A stretch of DNA of 50,318 bases from an uncultured Actinomyces sp. GTDB taxonomy: Bacteria > Actinomycetota > Actinomycetes > Actinomycetales > Actinomycetaceae. Under the pieces are notes generated by a model. The model made no database searches and was not told where the DNA came from. It worked only from the letters and a program-made list of their open reading frames with translations. Within the stretch, counting starts at the first letter, position 1, and every line of letters starts with the position of its first letter. The stretch lies in NCBI GenBank assembly GCA_900556405.1, contig USPB01000001.1, positions 1 to 50,318 on the forward strand. Direction: 5' to 3'. Of this stretch, positions 17,755 to 27,474 are shown piece after piece. The translations under genes and the position numbers were made by a program.

Positions 17755-19175
17755 TACAGGATCGCCCTCCAAGCAAACTCGAAGAGACCCGAGGAGAAAA
17801 TCGCCGCGGGGAGAAGTGCAAAAATACAGAACGACTGCACGAAGTCGAGGATCGTGCCGATCAGCGCGGCATGTCCCTTGGGCTCATACAGCGTCATCCA
17901 GGCCACCAGCGCGATGCCCGTCAGGACGAGGACGCACACGGGCAGGACGGGATAGATCTGTGCGCCGACCGCCCAGGACTTCACCCAGGCGCCAAAGAGG
18001 AAGGCACACCCGATGCCGGCGGCACCAATGCGCGGAAGGACCCTCCCCATCGGCGTGCGGGCACCCCTCGGCGCCGTTAACAGGGTCACCACGGCCGCGA
18101 TGACGATCACGAAACCGCCGACGCCTCGACCCATGGCCACCGTTGGCATCACCGTGCGAGCGAGGGGGATACCACCCGCGAGGGTGAACAACGTCGAGGC
18201 GGTCAGCAGCAGCGTGTAGCGGGCATCGGTGTGTCCGATCGCCGTCTTCATGCGCCCGCCGGTCACCGGCGTGGGAGGGACCATCATAGGCTGGCGGATA
18301 CGCGAGGCAATCGTTTGCACCGCCGCCGCATCGATCAGCTGACTGTCGGGCACGCGCAACGCGAAGCGCGGGGCCATGAGGAACAGGAACACACCCAGGG
18401 CCAACGCGAGCGGCGCAATATTAATCAGGTGGAAGAACGGGTAGGCGCCAATCGTCACGAGGACGGTCGCCCCGAGCCACGCCATCATGGCACTGAGCGC
18501 CGTCGGCGTGTTCGTCAGCGAGAGCACCGCCAGGGACACGACGAGGGCCACCCACACTCCGACAACGGGCGCGAGCGAGAGGGCATGGATACCCGCCATC
18601 GACACGAAGCCGATGGCACTGTAACCCGCGAGCGCCGGCATCAGGAGGAGCAGGAGGGACATCGAGCGCAGCCTGCGCGAGGCAAACAGCGGAATGATCG
18701 CAACCGCGCAGCACACCAGGGCACATACTCCGCGCGCCCACGTCGGGATCGACGAGGCCGCGAGCGCCCAGGCGGGCCCATCCTCCCTGTGGGCGAGCCC
18801 ACTCAGGGCTGCGTCGCCCATCATGGGCAGCAGGCACAGTGAGGAGACCGCACCAATGAGGAGGAAGCACAGGCCGATCAGGGCGAGGGTGGGGGCGAGC
18901 CACTGATTCTCGTGGCGCTCCGAGGCCTCGTTGAGCTGGCGTGCGGACAGGACCCGGCTGGACAGGGCGATTGTCGACCCGGCGGGCAGGTCGCGGCCGA
19001 GGACCGCAGCCCCGTCGAGGGGACGCCCGTCGGCGTAGGAAATACGCACGGACGGCAAGGTGAGGTCGATGGCCAGCATGGCGCACAAACCTGCGACCGT
19101 GGTCCCTGTGGGAGCGGCGAAATCGGAGGCCCCATCGGAGTCGATAACGGTCACGGACACCATGGTGGCGCTCAT
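17754..19175 (-). CDS. Second EccD-like membrane protein
   Basis: Ubiquitin-like N-terminus (VSVTVIDSDGASDFAAPTGTTV...GRPLDGAAVLGRDLPAGSTIALS), ~11 TM helices, APRFALRVP internal loop and LLPAAIFSSG end, paralleling copy 1. RBS GGAGG before ATG 19175. Confidence 0.72.
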   Translation of the reverse strand: MSATMVSVTVIDSDGASDFAAPTGTTVAGLCAMLAIDLTLPSVRISYADGRPLDGAAVLGRDLPAGSTIALSSRVLSARQLNEASERHENQWLAPTLALIGLCFLLIGAVSSLCLLPMMGDAALSGLAHREDGPAWALAASSIPTWARGVCALVCCAVAIIPLFASRRLRSMSLLLLLMPALAGYSAIGFVSMAGIHALSLAPVVGVWVALVVSLAVLSLTNTPTALSAMMAWLGATVLVTIGAYPFFHLINIAPLALALGVFLFLMAPRFALRVPDSQLIDAAAVQTIASRIRQPMMVPPTPVTGGRMKTAIGHTDARYTLLLTASTLFTLAGGIPLARTVMPTVAMGRGVGGFVIVIAAVVTLLTAPRGARTPMGRVLPRIGAAGIGCAFLFGAWVKSWAVGAQIYPVLPVCVLVLTGIALVAWMTLYEPKGHAALIGTILDFVQSFCIFALLPAAIFSSGLFEFAWRAIL

Positions 19176-19205
19176 GAAACCTCCGATCTCAGGGAAACAA
19201 CAGTG

Positions 19206-19269
19206 CCCAGTGTAATGCACTGAGGCTAACCGCCGGTTAAAACTTGGAAGAGCACTCAGCTACACTGGG
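19206..19269. promoter_or_regulatory. Symmetric back-to-back promoters for eccD2 and eccC
   Basis: TACACTGGG on the + strand (19261-19269) and on the - strand (19214-19206); TACACT fits the actinobacterial TAnnnT -10 consensus. Confidence 0.55.
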
Positions 19270-19313
19270 GACAGTCGCATCGAACACGTACGCGCGCAGC
19301 GCGAGGAGACCTG

Positions 19314-22300
19314 ATGGTTACACGCAAAAAACGGCGGATTGCCGCGGTTCCGGAGCAGCCTTCCGGCAGCTTGGCCCTGCAGATGCCGCCGGAGAAGGCT
19401 GAGCCCGCATCGATGGGCAACGTCCTCATGATGGTCGTCCCGATGCTCGGTTCGACGGGTGTCATGATTTTCATGGCGATGCAGAACAACGGTGGCGGGC
19501 GTTCCATGCTCATGGGCGGCGGCATGTTGGTCGCTATGCTCGGCATGGTCGGCTTCAACATGTACCGCCAGTTCTCCCAGTACCGTACGCGCGTGAAGAC
19601 GCAGCGTCGCGAGTACCTGTCCTACCTCGCGGAGACGCGCGAGTCGATCCGCAAGGTCGCGAAGAAGCAGCGCGCCTACTACAACTGGGTCTACCCCGAC
19701 CCCGACGCCCTGGTGACCCTGGCAGCGAACGGGTCTCGCCTGTGGTCGCGTGAGGGCAACACCTACAACGTGCTCACGTTCCGCTATGGCAGTGGCACGC
19801 AGCCCCTGGGCTTGACGTTCGAGCGTCCGCCGATCGATCCGATGACGGAGATGGACGTCGTGTGTCTGTCGGCGATGGAACGCTTCATCGCGGTGCACGA
19901 TCACACGGACAACGTGGGCAAGTTCCTCTACCTGGGCGATTTCAGCCATATCGAGGTCGTCGGCGAGGGCGAGAGCGCCTACGACGAGATCCGCGCCATC
20001 ATGATGCACTTGGCGTGTTTCATCGAACCTTCCAAGCTCAAGATCGCGGTCCTGTGTTCGGCTGATCGTCTGGGCGACTGGGAATGGGTGAAGTGGATGC
20101 CACAGGCGCGCTCGGCCAACGTTCGCGACGCCATCGGCCCGGCTCGCATGATTTCCACGGACCCGCGTGAGTTGGTCGAGATGATCGGCCCCGATATCGC
20201 GATGCGCGGCGCGTACCGCCCGGGCGAAGAGATGCCTGAGTGGCCCCATCTCCTCCTCGTGTGCGACGGTGCCGAGTTCCCCACCTCCTCGCCTTTCGGG
20301 TCGGCGACCGGCGTGCGCGGCGTGACGATCATGAGCCGCGCCCGCGAGTGGACGCCGATGAAGTCTCACACTGCCCTGCGCCTCGTCATCCACCCCAGCC
20401 CGAATCGCAAGGGCGCGGACGTCGTCGACGTGGTGACCATGGATTCTGTGCCCGAGTCAGCCTTCGCGGATCGGCTCAGCGCCGTGCAGGCCGAGGCAGT
20501 GGCGCGCCGCATGACCCCCTTCGCCACCCAGGAGAAGCTGGAGGAGTCGGACACGCCGGTGGGTCGCTCGGACGAGTCGCGTCAGAAGGACCTCATGGAG
20601 CTGGTCGGCATCGGCGACATTCGAGACTTCGACCCGGAGAAGCAGTGGGTGCGACGCGAGGGGCGTGCGCGCCTGGCCGCTCCTTTTGCCGTGACGCCCG
20701 AGGGCCGACCCGTCGTCCTGGACATCAAGGAATCCGCCCAGCAGGGTATGGGTCCGCACGGCCTGCTGATCGGCGCGACCGGTTCGGGTAAGTCCGAGGT
20801 GTTGCGTACCCTCGTTCTCGCGCTGGCTTTGACCCACTCCCCGGAGCAGCTGAACCTGGTGCTCGTCGACTTCAAGGGTGGCGCGACCTTCGCCGGCATG
20901 GCGGACCTGCCGCACGTGTCGGCCATGATCTCGAACCTGGAGTCCGAGCTCTCGCTGGTTGACCGTATGCAGGACGCCCTGCAGGGCGAAATGGTGCGCC
21001 GCCAGGAGATGCTGCGTCAGGCCGGCAACTACGCGAACGTCTCCGATTACGAAGCGGACCGTCTCGCTGGCAAGCACGAGTACCCGCCGCTGCCGGCCCT
21101 GTTCATCGTCCTGGACGAGTTCACGGAAATGCTCATGGCCAAGCCGGAGTTCGGCGAGGTCTTCATCATGATCGGTCGTCTGGGCCGATCCTTGTCGGTG
21201 CACCTGCTGCTGGCTTCGCAGAAGATGGACCTGGGTAAGGCGCGCGGCCTGGAATCCCACCTGTCGTACCGTATTGCCCTCAAGACGTTCACGGAGAGCG
21301 ACTCGCGCGAGGTCCTGGGTATCCCCGACGCCGCGAAGCTGCCGCCGCTGCCCGGTTCGGGCTTCCTGAAGGCGGGCGGCGACGGCCTCGTTCGTTTCCG
21401 CGCGTCCTACGTGGCCGCTCCCCCGCCGGCGCGCACCCTCGCGTCGATTGCCGAGGCCTCGACGGCCGGCGCCCCGAGCGCGCCGATCGAGATCCTGCCG
21501 TTCACGGTCGCTCCCGTCATCACACGCGAAGCCCTGGGCGAGGAGGAAGAGGTCGATCAGAACCAGGAGATCGTCCTGGCCGGTGACGAGGTGTGGGCGG
21601 ACATGTCCGAGATGGACATCGCGGTGGCCAAGATGAAGGGCAAGGGCTACCCGGCGCACCAGGTGTGGCTGCCTCCGCTGGAGGTTCCCGATACGTTCGC
21701 GACTCTCATGCCGGACTTGGCGCCGGATCCGGAGCTGGGCTTCATTTCGCGCGCCTGGCGCGAGTCCGGGGTCCTGCGCGTGCCCCTGGGCACGGTCGAC
21801 CTGCCGCTTGAGCAGCGCCGCGAGACCCTGGTCCTGGACCTGTCGGGCGCGGGCGGTAACTTCGCGCTCGTGGGCGGCCCGCAGACCGGTAAGTCAACGG
21901 CGCTGCGCACGATCGTCCAGGCCCTGTCACTGACCTACACGCCCCAGGAAGTCCAGTTCTACGTGATGGACTTCGGTGGCGGCACCTTCGCGGGCTTCGC
22001 GGGCGCGCCGCACGTGGCCGGCGTGGCGACGCGCGACACCGAGGAGGTGCGCACGCGTATGCTCGCCGAGATCGCGGCGATCATGGATGACCGCGAACGC
22101 TACTTCCGCGCGCACGGCATCGATTCGATGGATACCTACCGTCGCGGGCGCCTGGCGGGCACCTACGACGACGGCTACGGCGACGTGTTCCTGGTGATCG
22201 ACGGGTGGGGTGCGCTGCGCTCCGAGTTCGATGGCCTGGACCGTGAGGTCACGACGATGATGAGCCGAGGCCTGTCCCTGGGCGTTCACCTGGTCGTGTC

Positions 22301-23357
22301 GGCGGCCCGTTGGATGGATATCCGCGCCGAGGCGCAGGATATTTTCGGGTCGCGCCTGGAGCTTCACACGGCGAACCCGAAGGAGTCGATCGTCAACCGC
22401 GAGGGTGCCGCCCGTATTCCGAAGGGGCGCCCGGGGCGCGGCATCGACATGGCGGGGCACGAGATGATGATCGGCCTGCCGCGCGCGGACGCGGAGCAGG
22501 ATCCGTCAACCGTGTCGCAGGGCGTGGCGTACACGGTCAACAAGATTCGCGAGTGCCTGGTGGCGGGCGAGGGCCCGAAGCTGCGTCTGCTGCCCCAGCA
22601 GATCACGCTTCCGGAGATCCTCTCGCAGCTGCCGGATCAGCAGATCCTGCCGCGCGGCGGCGGCGACATGGTGCTGGGCGTGGAGGAGTCGCGCCTGGGG
22701 CCGCTCCTATTCAACACTCGCGCGGAGTCGCACCTGTACCTGTTCGGCGACGGCAAGACAGGCAAGACCTCCTTCCTGCGGTCGATCATTTCCGAGGTCA
22801 CGCGCCTGTACTCGCCCAACGAGGCGAAGATCCTGGCGATCGACATGCGTCGTTCGCTGCTGGGTGCGATCCCGGACGAGTATTCGCTGCGCTACCTGAC
22901 GAACCATGCCGAGGCGATGAAGCAGCTGCGTGAGCTGGCGAAGTTCCTGCGCACGCGCCTGCCCGGTTCCGACGTGACCGCCGAGCAGATTCGCGAGCGC
23001 ACGTGGTGGTCGGGTCAGGAAGTGTGGATCTTGGTCGACGACTACGACCTGGTGGCCACCTCGTCGGGTAACCCGCTGATGGAGCTCATTGACCTCCTGC
23101 CGCAGGCGGGAGACATCGGCCTGCACGTGATCATCACTCGTCGTATGGGCGGCGCGTCGCGCGCGGCCTACGAGAAGGTCCTGCAGATGATGAACGACCT
23201 GGCCGTCACCGGCATCCTCCTGTCCGGCAATCCCAGCGAGGGCGCGATCATCAACGGCGTGAAGCCGAAGCGCGCGATCGCCGGCCGCGCGCAGGTCGTT
23301 CACCGCGAGCTGGGTGTCGTCGCCGCGCAGCTGACGTGGACCCCGCCAGAAATTTGA
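19314..23357 (+). CDS. eccC: Type VII secretion FtsK/SpoIIIE ATPase EccC (EccCa+EccCb fused)
   Basis: Two N-terminal TMs; GMGPHGLLIGATGSGKSE, LVDFKGGATF; further Walker A motifs GGPQTGKS and GDGKTGKT; 1347 aa. Confidence 0.96.
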   Translation: MVTRKKRRIAAVPEQPSGSLALQMPPEKAEPASMGNVLMMVVPMLGSTGVMIFMAMQNNGGGRSMLMGGGMLVAMLGMVGFNMYRQFSQYRTRVKTQRREYLSYLAETRESIRKVAKKQRAYYNWVYPDPDALVTLAANGSRLWSREGNTYNVLTFRYGSGTQPLGLTFERPPIDPMTEMDVVCLSAMERFIAVHDHTDNVGKFLYLGDFSHIEVVGEGESAYDEIRAIMMHLACFIEPSKLKIAVLCSADRLGDWEWVKWMPQARSANVRDAIGPARMISTDPRELVEMIGPDIAMRGAYRPGEEMPEWPHLLLVCDGAEFPTSSPFGSATGVRGVTIMSRAREWTPMKSHTALRLVIHPSPNRKGADVVDVVTMDSVPESAFADRLSAVQAEAVARRMTPFATQEKLEESDTPVGRSDESRQKDLMELVGIGDIRDFDPEKQWVRREGRARLAAPFAVTPEGRPVVLDIKESAQQGMGPHGLLIGATGSGKSEVLRTLVLALALTHSPEQLNLVLVDFKGGATFAGMADLPHVSAMISNLESELSLVDRMQDALQGEMVRRQEMLRQAGNYANVSDYEADRLAGKHEYPPLPALFIVLDEFTEMLMAKPEFGEVFIMIGRLGRSLSVHLLLASQKMDLGKARGLESHLSYRIALKTFTESDSREVLGIPDAAKLPPLPGSGFLKAGGDGLVRFRASYVAAPPPARTLASIAEASTAGAPSAPIEILPFTVAPVITREALGEEEEVDQNQEIVLAGDEVWADMSEMDIAVAKMKGKGYPAHQVWLPPLEVPDTFATLMPDLAPDPELGFISRAWRESGVLRVPLGTVDLPLEQRRETLVLDLSGAGGNFALVGGPQTGKSTALRTIVQALSLTYTPQEVQFYVMDFGGGTFAGFAGAPHVAGVATRDTEEVRTRMLAEIAAIMDDRERYFRAHGIDSMDTYRRGRLAGTYDDGYGDVFLVIDGWGALRSEFDGLDREVTTMMSRGLSLGVHLVVSAARWMDIRAEAQDIFGSRLELHTANPKESIVNREGAARIPKGRPGRGIDMAGHEMMIGLPRADAEQDPSTVSQGVAYTVNKIRECLVAGEGPKLRLLPQQITLPEILSQLPDQQILPRGGGDMVLGVEESRLGPLLFNTRAESHLYLFGDGKTGKTSFLRSIISEVTRLYSPNEAKILAIDMRRSLLGAIPDEYSLRYLTNHAEAMKQLRELAKFLRTRLPGSDVTAEQIRERTWWSGQEVWILVDDYDLVATSSGNPLMELIDLLPQAGDIGLHVIITRRMGGASRAAYEKVLQMMNDLAVTGILLSGNPSEGAIINGVKPKRAIAGRAQVVHRELGVVAAQLTWTPPEI

Positions 23358-23422
23358 TCGTTTGTTGACACGGCGGCCTGTTCGTCGCATATGATTGACC
23401 AGTCTGAAAGTAGGAGAAAAAC

Positions 23423-23962
23423 ATGTCCTCTCTCGTGTCCCGTCGTGCTCGCGCAGCCACCGCTTCCCTGCTGCTCGCTTCCGTCGCCCTGTCCGGTTGC
23501 AGCATCTTGGGTGGTGCGCGAAATTCCACCGATATTTCGAAGTTGCCCAACATTCCCGAGGGGCAAAAGCAGCAGCTGGTCAGCCAGATGCAGTCTGCTT
23601 CTGGCTCGGAGAAGAAGGAGATCGCCGCGAAGGCGACGGCCCTGAGCAAGATGGTGGGGACGGAGCTGGTTGTGGTGGAGCCCCCGTCGATCATCGACCA
23701 GACCTTCAAGTTGGATCCCAAGGGTAAGACCGTGGTGAACAAGGACGACGATATCTACCAGATGATGTCGGCCACCGATTACTGGCGCCTGGGCCAGGAC
23801 ACCTACGACCTGTGCGTGGAGCAGGACTGCGAGTACTACTCGTCGTGGACGGTAGACGTGGAGGGCTCGGGCGCCGACCTGACGTACGTGTGGACCCTGA
23901 AGGTCGACGGTGACGATCAGCCTAAGGAGCCGGTGGTCCGGCGCTTCAAGGTCGGTAAGTAA
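23423..23962 (+). CDS. Putative lipoprotein
   Basis: Basic n-region, hydrophobic h-region and lipobox LSGC; RBS AGGAG. Confidence 0.8.
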   Translation: MSSLVSRRARAATASLLLASVALSGCSILGGARNSTDISKLPNIPEGQKQQLVSQMQSASGSEKKEIAAKATALSKMVGTELVVVEPPSIIDQTFKLDPKGKTVVNKDDDIYQMMSATDYWRLGQDTYDLCVEQDCEYYSSWTVDVEGSGADLTYVWTLKVDGDDQPKEPVVRRFKVGK

Positions 23963-24020
23963 GCGGCCCTGCGCATCGACACACTCTCTTCTTTTCTCAT
24001 CAACCATTTAGGAGTCAACA

Positions 24021-24539
24021 ATGGCCGGAAATGCAGACGTCAGTTACGACGACGACCAGCAGCAAGCAGCTGCACCGAAGGTGACCGAAACCTGGGACGC
24101 GGTGACGGGATCACGCAAGCATACCGAGGCCCTCGGATCCGCGCAGACATCCACCTTCTGGGGACACGAACGCGGGCCCGCGAAACTGCAAGACAGTGCT
24201 GCGGACATGTTCGATGCCGTATCCGGACTTCTCGCGCATGAATCCAACATGCTCACGAAGTTCGAGGCGGACATGCATGAGGCGATGACCCGCTTCACCG
24301 GCGCGGAATACGACAACCAGCTGAAGTTCAAGAGCACGCAGGCCGACCAGCAGATGCAGGCGATCCGCTCGCAGAACCCGACCGAGTTCACCGCGATGCT
24401 TCACGCGATCGGTTTGACCCTCGAAGATCTCGGCTCCGCTGCGGGTCCACTGATCGCACCCCCCACTCAATCGGGTGTCGGCTCGGCGGGTGGTTCGAGT
24501 AGTGCACCGACTACTTCCTCAGGCCCATCGGACTACTGA
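24021..24539 (+). CDS. Small helical protein, probable T7SS substrate partner (PE/EspC-like role)
   Basis: RBS AGGAG; ~100-aa helical region with central FWG and an FxxxE motif (FTGAE); directly precedes a PPE/EspB-like gene. Function is inferred from context. Confidence 0.55.
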   Translation: MAGNADVSYDDDQQQAAAPKVTETWDAVTGSRKHTEALGSAQTSTFWGHERGPAKLQDSAADMFDAVSGLLAHESNMLTKFEADMHEAMTRFTGAEYDNQLKFKSTQADQQMQAIRSQNPTEFTAMLHAIGLTLEDLGSAAGPLIAPPTQSGVGSAGGSSSAPTTSSGPSDY

Positions 24540-24571
24540 GCTGCATAGCTACACATAAGGAGTTTGTCACA

Positions 24572-26173
24572 ATGGTTGCTTCACCGAATTATGAGCGTCT
24601 TAAGGTCTTCATGGAGGCGGCTCGCGCCAACAAGGGGCTTGACGCGTGGGACGGGGATCACGACAAGGCCTTGAAGGGCTTTGATGACGCCGTTGAGCGC
24701 CTTCACGCCTATCGCGAGAGCCACGGCTTTACCGGCGCGACGGGTAAAGCCATGGATCGCTGGGTTGACGCATCCATCACCCGCATCGAAAAGTATCGGG
24801 CGGGCTACGAGCGCGGCTACCGCACCTACACTCGAGGCCGTAACGTGATGGCGACGGCGCTGAGCGAAGCTGAGAAGCTCTCGCCGGACCTCCTCGACGC
24901 GAACACGGCGGCCATGCGCGATGACCTGCTCGTGTCGGTTCCCTCCAGCGAGCCCGGTACGGGTATCCGCTTCATGGGCAAGCTCTACACGACCGGCTCC
25001 GCCTACGTCGCCGCCGTCGAAGAGCAGGCGAACGAGCAGCGCGAGGCCGCGGCGAAGCGCATCATCGACATGGTGAACAACCGCACCTCGACGATCAGTG
25101 GCATCATGAAGGGCCAAATCACGGACAAGCCCGACGATCAGGGTACCGAATTAAAGGTGTACGAACAGCAGGAGAAGGACAAGAATCCGGGTGGCGGTGG
25201 CGGCGGCACCCAGGGCGGTGGTGGCACCCGTGGCGGTGGCGGCGGCACCAGCGGTGGTGGCGCTGGCGGCGGCGGTGGCGACTGGGGATACGGTAAGGGT
25301 GATGACTTTGGTCGCGCCGCGGATCGTAGCCCTTCGTCTCCCAACTACCCCGGTGGTTTCGACCAGCCGTGGTGGAGTGAGGCCGACGCTGCCGCGGCCC
25401 GCAACCGCATCATTTCTTCGGGTGCGGTTCCCACGCAGGAGCCCGCCTACGGCGAGGCCGGATCGCGTACGAACCCCATCACCGATCCCCAGGACCTCAT
25501 GGGCAGGGATCTGCTGCATACGCGTGTGAATGGCACGGCCTACCGCAATGGCGTCGTCGGCGGGCACACCCCGGCGCCGCCCGCGGATATGGATCACCCC
25601 CTGTGGCGCCTGAACGGCGGTGCGGCCTCCGACGCGAGCACCGCGGGACGCCTGGGTGGTGCCGGCGTGCTCGGCGCGGGTGCCCTCGGTATGCGCGGCG
25701 CCGCCCGTATGGGTTCCGGCGGCCTTGGCGCGGGCATGCGTGGCATGACCGGTGGCCTGGGTGGTGCGGGCACCTCCACCTTGAAGGTCGGCTCCTACTC
25801 CGGGTCGGGTTTTGGCTCCTACAATCCCCCCGCGGGTGCGAACGGCCTGGCCGGTTCCGGGGCGGGCGCGTCGGGCGCGACGGGCGTTGCTGGTTCCACC
25901 GGGGCGAACGGTGGCGCGGCTGGCGCTGCCGGTGCCGCGGGCAAGGGTGGCTCGGGTTCGGGCTTTATGGGTGCGGGCGCTGGTGCGGGTGCGGGCGCGG
26001 GTAAGCAGGACAAGAAGGGTCGCAAGCGTCAGTACGTCGCCTTCAAGTTCGAGGACGATGAGGACGATCTGCCCGTCGGCTACGTCAACCCCATGTCCCA
26101 GACCTACGGGTCTGACGCGACCATCACCCCGGCCAAGAGCACGGATGACGGATGGGATCCGCGCCAATGGTGA
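24572..26173 (+). CDS. PPE/EspB-like T7SS substrate: helical N-terminus, Gly-rich C-terminal half
   Basis: WxG-like GFTGATG in a helical N-terminal domain; long Gly/Ala-rich region; GFMGAGAGAG then basic and acidic patches (DKKGRKRQY...EDDEDD), as in PPE68/EspB-type tails; RBS AAGGAG. Confidence 0.65.
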   Translation: MVASPNYERLKVFMEAARANKGLDAWDGDHDKALKGFDDAVERLHAYRESHGFTGATGKAMDRWVDASITRIEKYRAGYERGYRTYTRGRNVMATALSEAEKLSPDLLDANTAAMRDDLLVSVPSSEPGTGIRFMGKLYTTGSAYVAAVEEQANEQREAAAKRIIDMVNNRTSTISGIMKGQITDKPDDQGTELKVYEQQEKDKNPGGGGGGTQGGGGTRGGGGGTSGGGAGGGGGDWGYGKGDDFGRAADRSPSSPNYPGGFDQPWWSEADAAAARNRIISSGAVPTQEPAYGEAGSRTNPITDPQDLMGRDLLHTRVNGTAYRNGVVGGHTPAPPADMDHPLWRLNGGAASDASTAGRLGGAGVLGAGALGMRGAARMGSGGLGAGMRGMTGGLGGAGTSTLKVGSYSGSGFGSYNPPAGANGLAGSGAGASGATGVAGSTGANGGAAGAAGAAGKGGSGSGFMGAGAGAGAGAGKQDKKGRKRQYVAFKFEDDEDDLPVGYVNPMSQTYGSDATITPAKSTDDGWDPRQW

Positions 26174-27387
26174 GCCTGTCTTCTCACGCCGCGCCCCGTT
26201 CTCCCTTCTCTTTCGTGGGGAGGGCGGGGCGCGCCGCGCGCGCCCTGACCACCGTCGCCTCCGCCCTGGCCCTCGCGGCTGGCGCCCTCACCTTGGTGCC
26301 GGCCCCGGCCCACGCGGATGGCGCGGTGCCCTCACAGGAGTACTTCTCCTACTACCACTTCGACACAGCACGCGCGAAGGGATACACCGGTAAGGGTGTC
26401 ACGATTGCCGTCATCGACGGTCCGGTCGATACGAGTAACCCGGCCCTCAAGGGGGCGAACATCACTGATAAGAGCCGCTGCACCATCCAAGACTCACCCG
26501 AGGGAATCCGCCATGGTACTGACATGGCGACCATCCTGGTCTCCCCCATCACGGGCGTGGCACCCGACGCAACCCTGTACAGCTATCAGGCCTCCACCGA
26601 TGGGACAATATCGAACGGCTCATGCGACTCCAAAGGGGGCCGGCTCAACACCACTTCCGCTCTCATTAACCAGGCCGTCGAAGACGGCGCCCAAATCATC
26701 TCGATCTCCCTCAGCGGCTCCGAAGTTTCCTTCGAGCTCAAATGGGCCATCACCAACGCGATCGCCAAGGGCGTCATCATCGTCGCCGCGGCCGGAAACG
26801 AGGCAGTCAAAGACGACATAACAGCGCTGGGCAGGTACTCCGGTGTCGTCGGCGTGTCCGCCATCAACAGTGACGGAACCTTCGCCTCCTATTCCAACTG
26901 GGCCGATGGCATGGTCACCGCCGCCTTCGGCGCACCATACAACACCTACGACGTGAACACAGGGGAACCTGTCACCGTTCAAGGCACCTCCATATCCACC
27001 CCGCTCGTGGCTGGCATGTTGGCCCTCGCGCGCCAAAAGTGGCCCGACGCCACCACCAACCAGATCCTCCAACTCCTGGTCCACACCGGCCTGAACCCCA
27101 ACCACGACTGGAACGAGTACACGGGCTACGGCGCCATCGATGGTGGCGCACTGGTCAACACAGATCCCTCGCAGTACCCCGACGAGAACCCCATCATCCA
27201 AAAGCCGGGGGGCTCTGAACCCACCGCGCAGGAGGTGCAGGACTACATCGACGGTGTCGCAGGATCCTTCGAGATAAACTTCTTCCCCGACACCTACGTC
27301 TACCGCGGAGCTGACCAAGGAGTCGTCTTGAACCACGGGTCCATCCCCACCCACCTGGGAACCAGCCCCCGCTACCACCGGAAGTGA
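26167..27387 (+). CDS. Secreted S8 serine protease, paralog 3
   Basis: Signal peptide ending APAHA; IAVIDG, RHGT, AAGN, GTSISTP; C-terminus HLGTSPRYHRK. ATG 26167 overlaps the upstream gene end (start uncertain). Confidence 0.9.
   Translation: MVSLSSHAAPRSPFSFVGRAGRAARALTTVASALALAAGALTLVPAPAHADGAVPSQEYFSYYHFDTARAKGYTGKGVTIAVIDGPVDTSNPALKGANITDKSRCTIQDSPEGIRHGTDMATILVSPITGVAPDATLYSYQASTDGTISNGSCDSKGGRLNTTSALINQAVEDGAQIISISLSGSEVSFELKWAITNAIAKGVIIVAAAGNEAVKDDITALGRYSGVVGVSAINSDGTFASYSNWADGMVTAAFGAPYNTYDVNTGEPVTVQGTSISTPLVAGMLALARQKWPDATTNQILQLLVHTGLNPNHDWNEYTGYGAIDGGALVNTDPSQYPDENPIIQKPGGSEPTAQEVQDYIDGVAGSFEINFFPDTYVYRGADQGVVLNHGSIPTHLGTSPRYHRK
26185..26237 (+). repeat. 53-bp hairpin-forming direct repeat, copy 1
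   Basis: CACGCCGCGCCCCGTTCTCCCTTCTCTTTCGTGGGGAGGGCGGGGCGCGCCGC, identical to 27414-27466. Confidence 0.95.
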
Positions 27388-27413
27388 CCATGACACTCGC
27401 GCGAACCACCGCG

Positions 27414-27466
27414 CACGCCGCGCCCCGTTCTCCCTTCTCTTTCGTGGGGAGGGCGGGGCGCGCCGC
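27414..27466 (+). repeat. 53-bp hairpin-forming direct repeat, copy 2 (possible terminator between convergent genes)
   Basis: Identical to 26185-26237; stem GCGCCCCGTTCTCCC pairs with GGGAGGGCGGGGCGC using G:U pairs. Confidence 0.93.
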
Positions 27467-27474
27467 ATCACCTG

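Noticed and set aside
16129..17955. 608-aa + strand ORF
   Set aside because: Antisense to the RDD-FHA gene and runs through a tandem repeat; no domain features.
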